DNA from: Antedon mediterranea
Taxonomy: Eukaryota > Animalia > Echinodermata
NCBI RefSeq assembly: GCF_964355755.1
Contig: NC_092677.1
Coordinates: 3,866,101 to 3,930,100 of the forward strand
DNA length: 64,000 bases
Direction: 5' to 3'
Part shown: one piece after another, positions 12,901 through 24,100 of the stretch
Layout: every line of letters begins with the position of its first letter
Numbering within the stretch: the first letter of the stretch is position 1
Made by a program: the position numbers and the translations under genes
The notes under the pieces: generated by a model
Databases searched by the model: none
Seen by the model: only the letters and a program-made list of their open reading frames with translations
Told to the model about the DNA's origin: nothing

Positions 12901-13726
12901 GGTTTGCTGCATTGCTTACATTTGTCTCTCTCCACCCAGGTGTACAAATGGGTACCTGGTAAGATCAAGACACAACTTTGCGTTGATTAATACTTAATAG
13001 CTGCATTATGGGAGAATGTTTCCATAGATGTTTGATCCTAAAAGACCAGGGTAATAATATGAACAGCGCTCGGAGGTTTCACAACATTAGGCACTTTATA
13101 GATTCAGCATATTATTATTACATTTGCCAAAATCAGGTCAACATAATAATACGACAAACGCAACTTGAATTGAAACTTGAAATACTCACCAAGTAGTAGA
13201 TGAGTTAAGGCATGTAACAAAGGTATTAACATGGAGTTGAACACTATAATACTCAGCCAGAATACGCCACCATTTAACGCACAACATTGCAGAACACGTT
13301 GAAGTATTCGTGGTTCCCTATAACCAAAAACAAAATCATGAGAAAGAGTGCAATAACAATAATAATAGTTCATTCTTATATAGCGCATTAGACAGTTCTC
13401 AATGCGCTGCACATAAATTAAAATAGACGATGGCAATAATTTAAATTATTGCCAATCACTTGACAATCACTAATAAAGTTGGTTGGGGATGAGAGAAAGA
13501 GAAGACGACTAGATCCATGACAGATCGTTAAGACAACATACTCTTCTTTCTTCATTTTTATTGGTGGTCTTCTGCTGTTCTTCTGCGATTCCTCATATTC
13601 CTTTCTTCGTTTCTCTTGCTTGGCAGCAATTTCTTTATCAACTGTAAATATTATGGTTGACCCTAGCACAGCATCTTTCATGCCGAATACAACATCTCGA
13701 AGAATAGATTGCAAACCATCAGCCAT
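9988..13726 (-). CDS. EI24: Etoposide-induced protein 2.4 homolog (EI24/PIG8), ~314 aa, 7 coding exons
   Basis: Exons 13726-13542, 13317-13190, 12734-12610, 11618-11502, 11186-11075, 10619-10433, 10078-9988. Motifs [85 protein letters not shown] are characteristic of EI24. Confidence 0.95.
11343..11442. repeat. 13-bp tandem repeat (ACTAGGTCACTAG) x~7.5
   Basis: Perfect tandem array in an EI24 intron. Confidence 0.9.
11731..12347. mobile_element. Non-autonomous DNA transposon, Kolobok-like
   Basis: TTAA on both sides (11727-11730, 12348-12351); imperfect TIRs AGCCCCCTTCCCT / AGGGAAGGGGTCT; RR..YY termini; no ORF. Confidence 0.7.
12405..12598. mobile_element. Harbinger-type MITE family A
   Basis: GCTCTGTCTACACTATCA...TGATAGTGTAGACAGAGCT TIRs. 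Confidence 0.8.
12870..13105 (+). mobile_element. Degenerate SINE-like repeat
   Basis: Contains CTCCACCCAGGTGTACAAATGGGTACC and an AGCGCT..GAGG...TTAGGCACTTTATA tail; the tail also appears inverted at ~16845-16890. Confidence 0.45.
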
Positions 13727-14099
13727 ATCTAGATTAGAAAATTATAAAATTATTTAATTTTGTAAAAATTATCATCTACAGTCACCTGCACTGCCCACGT
13801 TTTGTTTCAAGGGCCTCGCCTAACGAGAGCATATTGGTATACCCCTAAATAGTATCCGTATGGCCTCCGTGGGCTAGTCCCCTAGTAAGTATAGAGTAGG
13901 CCAATCCTCCACCCCGTCCTGTGCTCTGCTACTGCTGACATGAATCATCGCTTGTTGGCTGGCAAGTTAGCCTTCCTTGAGTTAGGCCTAGCAGTAGCTA
14001 AAACGTTTGTCATTAAACTAGTACTAGGCTATTATAAACTTGGCAACGCATACTTAATTTAAGAAAATTATTTATTTATTTATTTACTATATCCATAAT

Positions 14100-14351
14100 T
14101 TACCTATTTAAAGAAATGTATTTTCTTATAAACAAAGAAAGATAAGAGAAACAAAAAGATACGACGATGTCGTTTTCATTCGATTCGCTTCAGTGAATTT
14201 ATTTTGTTTTTATTTTTCTCTCCTCTCTGGAAAATCAAGATGACGCCCTCTAGAGAGAGTGTATCATCATAAACATCAAGTTCTAGGAAAAGTGGGAATC
14301 CATCCTAAAAAGTTTCGTTTATAAGCTCTATTTTGTTTATCCAAGTTTGAA
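14100..14351. promoter_or_regulatory. Probable bidirectional promoter shared by EI24 and ZDHHC23-like
   Basis: The divergent ATGs are 625 bp apart. EI24 has an acceptor just upstream of its ATG (~13729) and a candidate donor at ~14103, which places its first exon ~14104-14230, back-to-back with the ZDHHC23 5' end. Confidence 0.55.
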
Positions 14352-17300
14352 ATGAACTCAAAGTTAGATGTTATTGACGGGCCGCTGTGCTGTTGTGAAT
14401 ATGAAAATATAAATGGAGAAAAAAGTCATGTTCTGGCTGCATTTTGTGATTGTGAAGATGTTGACTCGGTGTGTGACAGGTAGGCACTGTCTAATCACGT
14501 CTAAGCTTTCTATGCAAAATATGCGTTATATTACCTAGGTATTGAAGTTTAAAGTCAATTCGTCCCAACACGGTTATTTTTTTAAAAATCCATGCTTGAA
14601 CCCAAAGTCTTGTGATAGAAGTATGTCTATCTATTGTTATAATAAATATGAATTATATTTGTTTTATCATTTACAGTATCTTGTTTAAATTACAGACTTT
14701 GTAAAGGTTACAGTGTACCAAATGAAAAATACCAGCGAATACAAGAAGTATGTTTGGACCGCGTTCGCGTACCAACATGCTTTGGTGGCGGTGCTAAACG
14801 TATAGATACATTCCTCGATTTATCATCAATACCTGCTATAATTTTGTTACCCACACTTATACTAACCGCATCCATACATCCGTACGTGACCGTTATTATT
14901 TATTTCAGCCTGCCATTGTGCTTGCTTACGTACTATCAGTCATTCTTACGTCATCGCAGACGATCAAAGTTTTTTATGACGTGGGGTGTCGTATCAGTAT
15001 TGTTTGTTTACTTCGTGTTCATAAGACTTGTTGTGCCTCTCGGGCACGTCTCTACAGAGTGCTTCTTCGTCATGAATTTCTGTTTCGTTGCAATGTTGGC
15101 TGCGTTTTTAATGTCTAGGATAAATCCTGGTGTAATTAAAAATAGTAAACAGAGTAGTTATTTGAAAGATTCTGCTGGACAGAATTTTAAAACAAAAGTT
15201 GCGTTATCGAGAGAAGAAAGTAGAAATAATATGATTGAAGAAGAAACAAATAATATGCGATTAAACCAGGGTTATATACAACATAGAGGGAGTCCTGTTA
15301 GACTTGTGCATAACGATGAGAAAAATGGTGATTCGTCGTTACAAACGTCACCTGATATCTACTCAGAAATTCCATCGCAACATAAAAGGACGGTCTCGGA
15401 TGGCCAGTTGTCAATGCTTAGCGATGATTCGGTATTTGTTGACGGAAACTGGTGCGAACTTTGTCAAAATCATCAACCTCGTCGAGGCGGTCACTGCCGT
15501 GTGTGTGGTCATTGTGTCAGAAGATTGGACCATCATTGTGTTTGGTAATAATTTCATAAACTGTAAACTTTTTGTAATTTTATATATATATTTTTTTTTA
15601 GTTTTGTTCTAGTACAAAATCAAACAAATTCCTTATTTTTATTTGAACATTTATATGTATGCCCCAATAACACTACCATTAGTGTTTTTATCGTGGCAAA
15701 CCCATATATCTGACATTGATTCTTGTATTCATACACAGATGTTACAATACAACTGTGATCATAGGCTAGGCTATATAGTGTTTCATTGACAATACATTTT
15801 GTCTCAAATCAAATCACAATAAGTTTATGTATCTTGTTTGATTATTTTAAAAGGATAGATAGCTGCGTCGGCGAGGAAAATCATCGTTCTTTTCTTCTCT
15901 CCATTATCTTGTTTATCATTGGTGGTGTTTGGGGTATGGTGCTATCACTGCAAAGTGTCTGCCGCAATCCAAAATATGGATTTCACGTGGCCGAGTGCTT
16001 TTATGCATACAAGAAATATAGGTAACTAGAAAGCCACTCCGAGAGGGCATACCTCCGCCTACTGTAAAATTCTCCTACATAAGATTTCTCCGGTAAAAAA
16101 AAAATATATATATTTGTGCGTGTCTTAATGCTGTTATGATTTAGGCTAATTTCATTACAAGCATGTGTATGCGAGTTTGGTGTAATGGTTATGTAACAAG
16201 CCTTTCAATTAACAATAGCTTCAGTCGACTAACAATAGAACAGCAACGCGAAAATTAAACGAGTGAATTTGAAAAGAAATAGGTTTTTTAAACTACCCGC
16301 ATCAAAAAACGTGCACATTAAATCAGATTATGTTTTAAAATTACAAATCACAAATTATAACTCTTGCCTCTTGTTAAAAAATGAAGTTTTTTGGACAAGT
16401 AGTTCTCGAGAAAATGCAATTTCAGTTTACTTGTTACTTTAAGACTGCTCGCCGGCTTTTGAAAAATTCTGTCCTATCTTTTAACACTAGCAGGTCTAAA
16501 AAAGTATACTAAAAAGTGGTCCAAAATTGGGACTGTGGTCCCAAATGGTCCCAAAATTTAATGGAATGGTCCTTGACCACATATCTATATGTCTATTCAT
16601 TTTGGTAAAGATCTTGTAATTACTTTTTGAGTAATCCTACAAACAAACAAACAAACACACGCTACCGATTACATATACCTCCTTGGCGGAGGTAAATTAT
16701 AACACATCCGATTGTATTATTGCAATTTGATTGATTTATTGGTTGGTCATTTAGAATTTGCCCTATCCCATTTAAAGTGACATCTAATAGTGATAATCAA
16801 CAGTTACTATATACACATACAACTTTCTGTAATAATAATAATATCCTGGATTTATATTAGCGCCTAATGTTGTGAAACCTCTAAGCGCTGTACATAAACA
16901 AATACGGTAAAAGGGATTCCAACCATGCAAAAAAAAAAAACAATCCGAAGTAAGGTATATAAGGGATTAATATGCTTTATTTTATTTTATGTAAACATTT
17001 TGCGGATTTTTGTCATGCGACATTGTTGTCGGAGCGCGTTCGGAAATCCAACTGGCTGTGCGTGCCGTCTATAACTGTTCTACTCTGCATCTAAAGTTGG
17101 AGCACTGCCTTTTTTAATGGCCTAGCTTCTCAGTCTAGCATTCGTCAATGATTTACGATGGATACAGTAACTTGAATAAAATAGGTGTGTTTAAAAAACA
17201 AATAATTTATGTATTGTGCGCATAAACATTAATTATTTGTATATTAATGCATCTTCAGAATGGAAAATATGCAATACAATCATAAAACAGTCACAGAAGT

Positions 17301-18427
17301 TCATCCAAGTTCATCATCCCTCCCAACCCCAATTTTTTTTTTTTTGACAAAAAAATATATATTTAATATTGACTTCAGTACTTTATTTAGAAAAAAAAGC
17401 CCATACCCTATGATTGTCATGTTTTTGGATTTTCAACCTAATTCTACTATAATGCATCTGCTATGAACATGCCCAAAAGTATTTCAACGTCGTGAGGTGG
17501 TTTCCCGATTAATCGTACGATCAAAACGGTACTGAGTATAATCAACCTAATCATCCATTCATAGAAGTACTGATGAAGATATCAATCTGTGGCGACAATA
17601 GAATGGACCCGAGACCTGGCTATCTTCGACTTTTAAATAATAGAAAGTTTTTAAAAATTGTGTTAGGGTAGAAATGTACGTTGTATGATGTGTAGGCCTA
17701 TGTTTATTGAAAAATGGTTGTAGTTTTCTAAATTACATTGTACAAGTTGCGATGAGAAAACTGTTATTTGATCGTTAGTTGTCGTGTACATAAAGCAAAA
17801 ATATAAATAATATTTGTTAGTAAAACTTTTAATAAGAGTAAAGATATAAGGAAGAAAAGCAAAGAGATTATGGAGCGGCTGTACCAGAATATACAACACT
17901 AAGTATTGTAAAGTTAAAAACTAAAAAATTTTAGGCGATCTTGTCAAAGGTCAAGCGCCTTCAGCCTGCCACGGTTTCGATATTCAATATTGAACTTGAT
18001 TAATCGGGAAACCACCTCACGAAGTATTTCAACTCAAAGATTCTATATTTATAATTTAAATTTAATTACTCATTCATTCATTTATTTTTTCTATTTCGGT
18101 TCACATCCGTGTACAAATCGTACAAAACAAAAAGAGAAACATTTCACTAGGTAATTAACAATTAACAAATTATATTTAATTAATTTTTACAGTTCAGCAA
18201 TTGTATTGTCCTGCAGTATATACACAGGGCTAGCTTGTCTAGCCATGTTAATCCTGCTTGGACAGCAAATACACCTGATAACGCACAACTGGACTTATCG
18301 TGAACGCAAGTTAGCCATGCGTGGTCAGCTACCGCGGGATGTCATGATCGCCTTCGACAGGGGTTTCATCAATAACTGGAAGAATTTTCTCCTTAACAGA
18401 CCAGACTCGGATTTACTACATGTTTGA
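14352..18427 (+). CDS. ZDHHC23: DHHC palmitoyltransferase, ZDHHC23-like, ~459 aa, 4 coding exons
   Basis: Exons 14352-14479, 14696-15544, 15854-16021, 18193-18427. N-terminal LCCCEYENINGEKSHVLAAFCDCEDVDSVCDR is ZDHHC23-type; cysteine-rich domain [45 protein letters not shown]; C-terminal TYRE and FDRGFINNWKNF. Confidence 0.9.
16025..16695. mobile_element. Helentron-associated (DINE-1/HINE-like) non-autonomous element
   Basis: Starts ACTAGAA; subterminal TACCTCCGCC; internal (AAAC)n; 3' hairpin TACCTCC-TTGGC-GGAGGTA; no TSD visible. Confidence 0.65.
17489..18023. mobile_element. Non-autonomous TIR element with 10-bp TSD (MULE-like)
   Basis: Perfect 25-bp TIR TCGTGAGGTGGTTTCCCGATTAATC / GATTAATCGGGAAACCACCTCACGA, flanked by the direct repeat GTATTTCAAC (17479-17488, 18024-18033). 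Confidence 0.8.
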
Positions 18428-19091
18428 AAAACACTTAGCTGTTAGAAGAACGTGTCGATGACTTAACAGTAAGCACATTTCACGTTGTTTTAGGTTGTTA
18501 TAATATATGTATCATTTATCAGGTTTGACACATGGCTTTTATTTTCACATTAATGGTTATAAGATGTAGCGAGTTATTTAACCCGTGGCATTAATATACG
18601 TCGCTAGTAATTCTTGTTCAAAAGCAGATAATTCAGTTTGGTACAGTAGTACAACTAAAACTCCAATTGAAGTAAAAAATGAATTGGACCCATCCTTTGT
18701 AAAACCCTACAGTATCTATAGGCCTATGATACTACTGTAAGTGTAAACACCCTACTAAACACTGTTTTGAACATATGGACAATTTACTGTGTAATGAATG
18801 GAGGGAAATGATTAGCACTATGGATTCAGTAGACCTCTATTAAAAGGGACAATTTCAAGTTGGTTCCTGAAAGTGTGGTGGTACTTTTTTTTCAAGTATT
18901 TCTTTTGTCAGTGTGGTTGTAGTGTAGAGTCACTTTAATTTAACAGCTGTAAATTATATAAGATATCTTTTATATTGAAGGTTGCGTGTAAAGTTTTAAA
19001 AAAACAATATGTTATCGCAAATTATTTAAAAGCATTTTTTATTTCGGTTTTTATTCATATTTACATGGTCATCAAATATCTTCTTCATCTT

Positions 19092-19370
19092 AAGTTCTGT
19101 CTACACTATCAAACTAGTTTGACAAAAAAAAAGTTTGATGGGCCCAAATAATATGTATGACATCATCGTGTCCATATTGGCCCATCACACTTTTTTTGTA
19201 ACAAAAAGTTTGATGGGCCCAAATAATATGTATGACATCATCGTGTCCATATTGGCCCATCACACTTTTTTTGTAACAAAAGTTTGATGTGCCCAAATAA
19301 TATGTATGACATCATCGTGTCCATATTGGCCCATCACACTTTTTTTGTAACAAAAGGTTTGATGGGCTTT
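19092..19370. mobile_element. Family A MITE with three tandem ~70-bp internal units
   Basis: Left TIR at 19092, followed by 3x AGTTTGATGGGCCCAAATAATATGTATGACATCATCGTGTCCATATTGGCCCATCACACTTTTTTTGTAACAAA. Confidence 0.8.
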
Positions 19371-21107
19371 AGATAAGTTGAATCCTACCCAACAAAGTTC
19401 CATTGTGTTTATGAGTTTATCAACTATAGCTTGTATTCACCTATAGTCTCTGATAAAACTCTATCAAACTAGTTTTACAAACAAGTTTGCTCAAATATGG
19501 TATTGATATGACATCATCTTGTGACTGTACATATATGGGTACATCACATTTTTTGTCGCATAAAGTTTGATAATGTAGAACTTTACAACTTTGACATGAC
19601 CTAAACAAATACAATACAATTGTATTCAGTACAACTACAGTATACAAAATAGTATATACAATTTCAAAATATGAACTGCTTAATTAATAGCAGTATGTTT
19701 CCTATTTTGGAGTCACATTATTGCTTATGAAAATTTTGAAATGAGAATTGTCACTTGCTACTAATAACAGTAGGTGTAAAACCTGTAAAAATATTATTAA
19801 CAATTATCAATATTCTTGAGTATTATTGTAATAAATAATTTTTCTTATCTTTAGAGTCCAATTGCTATAAATTTTGTAACATTAATGTATAAAACGTGTA
19901 TGTTTCCAATTTAAACTAATTGTGACACACACACTTACAAGTTTCACAATTTTTTTTTTTAAATGTATTTTTAATGTTTTTAGCACTTAAATTGACAGGT
20001 ATCCACTTCTAGTTAATGCTTATGTTGTATAAATTGTGAATTATTTCTAAGACATTCACACGTTATACCATAGCTAAATGGTGCTTCAATTTTAGCAAAT
20101 CAAACTTTTATATCTCTTCGTACACTAAACTACATTTCCACATTTGTGATGATATATTACATAATATTAATCTCTGAAACAATATGGTAGTATTGTATAT
20201 GAAATAATAGGTAGTATTAACAGGCCTAAATACTTAAATTAACTTCTTTTTTTAAACTTCTTTTTTAAAGCCACCCACCTAAAATGTTGTCAGGTGCACA
20301 GCTTGTCTACATAAACCAATTTTTTATTTTTTTTTTCCAGTTTAAAATAAAATTATATGTACATTATTGAATACTGTAAGTAACCCATAATTCTATTTAC
20401 AATAATATTATTAAGCAGTAGTTGATTTACATGGTTAAATCTCATTATCATTGAAAATATAAAAGTTAAAAAATAATGTTATAACTTATTCAAGTTGAAC
20501 TTATTTGTGTTAGTAATTTTGCCTTAATTTAATGCAGTGCAATATTAAATGTAACAATGTGATATAAATTACCATATATGGTCATAGTGTATAATTAATT
20601 AAATTTTAAAGGATTAAAACCAGTTTAAGTTATTTGGAGTAAGAACAAAATTTAAAATAAGTTTAATTTATGTTTTCTTTTAATAAGGTCACTGTTGTAA
20701 ATAAACACATACAGTATCTTCTGTCTGTAAAATATATGTAATGTTTTTTAATAAATGACAAAGTATAAGGAATGTGGTGTTGGAAGACTGACTATTTCAC
20801 ACACTTTTACATTGTTCCAATAAACACAATAGCTTTAAATTGAAATACTAAACTTACTGTTTCTTACTAAGAATTTTTACAACATTTAGATGCAAAATTA
20901 TAAGAAGGTAAGCCTTTCTGTCTTTTGCATTCAGACTACAGTACAAAGAAAGGAAATACTGCGTAATATCGCACGCCATGTGACCTACAATCATCCAATA
21001 AAATGACAAGAATTTATTTAGGTGTTATATAATACCATTTATAGTATGTGCCGTTTACATTCTTTGCACAATACTAAATTCAGTATTACAAGCTAGCTAC
21101 AGTACAC

Positions 21108-24100
21108 TTATCCTAATCTTTGTGCAAATTTTCCCAACTTCATGTTTGCGGTTTTTTCTTTGGCCAAGTCCAGTCCACCAGACACTAAACCACCGCCTAA
21201 CCTTCCCAAAATGCTTGTTGTTTCGTCGTCTGCTCCTTCTTCACCTGGTGTACGTTGTGATGGTGATGTTTCACCACTGATTATCTGAGGTATGTATTGC
21301 CCTGAAACCTGTACAGCGCCCTCTGCCATTTCTTTGAGTTTGTCCTCCCATTGTGTCTGTGTCATTATCAGATCTTCTTCATTTGTGATGTCTTTGTTTT
21401 CAGGTCGTTTTGTGTTGTCACACACTACGTGAGCAGTACATACCCAACTTCCACAAGCACATACACTTTAATAAAAAAAAATTAGATATTTTAAAATTAT
21501 GTTTTTTTATTGTTATATAAAGCTGTGTAATCAACTAACTACTTTGACAAAAAAGTGTGATGTGCCCAAATATGGTACAGTAGTGATATTCTTAAATATG
21601 GTAGTGATATGACATTGTTGTGTCCATCTATCACATTTTTTTGTCACATAAAGTTTGATAGTGTGGACAGAGCTTTAAACAAGTAAATGCTACTAACTTT
21701 ATGATCGTATTGGTCTTCATGTTTAAAGACGCCAGTCGATATTGAGGAATCAGAATGGAGCAAAATTAGAAAAGATACAGGACAAAATGTAGAACACTCT
21801 ATTTCCATGATTATACTGTACCACTGGAGTACATTTTTAATTATGGTTTATATAACTTTTTTTGTGTTACTTTCACTCTCGGTTCAAGACAGTTTACAGG
21901 TCTAAAATCCAGTAGACTATTTAATACTTGAACCTCCAGGTCGTTAAATTCATGTTATTATTGGATTGTGTGCAAGTTTATTATAAATATTTATTTAGCG
22001 GTTACTGGTGCGAGCTCAGCCCCTTCCATCATCCAGTATTATGGTATTATCAAATATACTTTATTTAATCTATATTGGATTTATGACTATAAACAATAAA
22101 ACCTGTTTTTTTCAAGAAAAGTCAATTTTTTATTGGTTCAACTTCTTTTGCACGGCAATTAATTTCCAGTTTTTCATTTGACCTAAAACTGGATCGAAAA
22201 ACAACAATTGTTCTTTTCTTTTTTTTTCTGGTTAGTGTAGTGCTATAAATGCTAATATTATAATGATAGATGGTGCTTTAGTGTTTTAAGTTTATTTGTT
22301 TAAGTATCAAGTACTGTGCAGATTCAGATAGAGTTCAAGTGAATTACAATGAAGATTTTAGCTTGATGTTGTATAATCTTTTTATCAATCATGTCAAAGT
22401 AATCGCCATTTAAATGTAAGTTATGGGTACAGGGGATTTCCTATATATTCAGAGTGTTTGAAATGTTGTGTTTAACATTTTAGAGACTTTACAATCTTTT
22501 TTTTTTATCAATATTTTAGTGAATGCATTTGACTGTTTGAATGTGGAGTGGCACTAGTGAAAGCTCAGATGTGTAATTTACTGTACCGTAGTTCCTACTG
22601 TATAGTTTTAATTTCAACATAAAACCGCCCAATTTACTAGTTGAAATTGATGTTGACTCCTACTCCAACTTTGATTGTAATTTTATATTCTTTGATTGGA
22701 AAATTTAATCCTGCAAACAAGTTTAAGATTGTTTTCTGCTAAAAATTTGCTTGGACGTAACATATTCTTTTAAATGTTCTTTAGCAAAGCAAGTTTGTCT
22801 TTTACTCAATGGTTTTGCTCAATGCAAATTTTTTGTTTTTTTAAATCTGAGATTATTTTTTTTTTGTTACTTATTATTTGAATAAATTTCTAAATCAGAC
22901 CCTAATCTGTAGATATATATTTAATGGTTGCTTGTCAAAATTTAGGTTTGAATCTAAGTTTGGGTGCATTAAAAAAAATGTTTCACATTTTGAAATAGTC
23001 AATTTATTATAAAACAGTATTAGGTTTGTTGTTGTTTTCATCATAGTTTAGTACATTTTGATCAAAATGTTATTTTATGATTACCAAATCACAGACCAAG
23101 CAAAACTAAAATGCTAGCGGCACAATTAATAATACACGAAGACGTCACCTTGAGTGATGGCGGATATATCCTGCTTCATTCGCTCGCATTACTTTGACGT
23201 CTTTAAACTTCACTAGAGGGAATTTATCAAAAACCAGTAATTACTTAATTGGTAAAATGTTTGATATAGCATGAATTTAAGATTAACAAAATTAATAAAA
23301 CCTTGCATTTGACAGGTATTAAAAACCCAAAGTAAAAACATTCCCGATTCTAAGTATATGATATCTGTAACAAAAATTCTGATGAACTTTTGATTGTTAT
23401 TATAGGGATTGAACGTTTCTTGCAGCATATCAAAATAATAATAATAATAATAATAATAATGTGCAAAATAAAATAGTGAAAAACGACTCTAAGCGCTGAA
23501 AAAGCAACAGAAAATTTTTTTTAAAGCAAAAAATTAATGTTAAAAGTGCAAATTAAATTTTTTTAAAGGTAGCCATGATTTGAGGAGTTGTTTGATTGTG
23601 GCGAGTGATTCGGTAAGCCTGCCTTTTTGCTTACCAGACATTGCATTTCTTTTGAACAGCATTACCATCATCATATTCTTTATCATCTAATGAGCATTCT
23701 GAAATAATAATGATAATAATAATATTTAGTTATAATAGAACATGATTAAAATTAATATTACACGCAATACCGCAATAACTTTTTTCTAAAATATGTTTTT
23801 TGGAAAGTCTGGTATTCGAAATGTTTAAAAAAGAATTTGTGATCTTTATGGCTAATTTACACAGACGAGCGGTAACGATAACCAGAAAATCGCGTAGCTT
23901 GTCCCACGTAGAATCTGTATCTATCCTGAGCGAAAACCGCACGTCCGCTCCGCGTTGTGTGTATATGGTCTTAGATTCTATTTTATATTACCGTTACAGC
24001 TTGTCATGTAAATTGGCCTTTACTGATAGGAGTTGACTAAATAAGTTAATTGAACTTGTAACCGACTCTTTCAATTTAATCTTAATTTTTTTTTTCTCTT

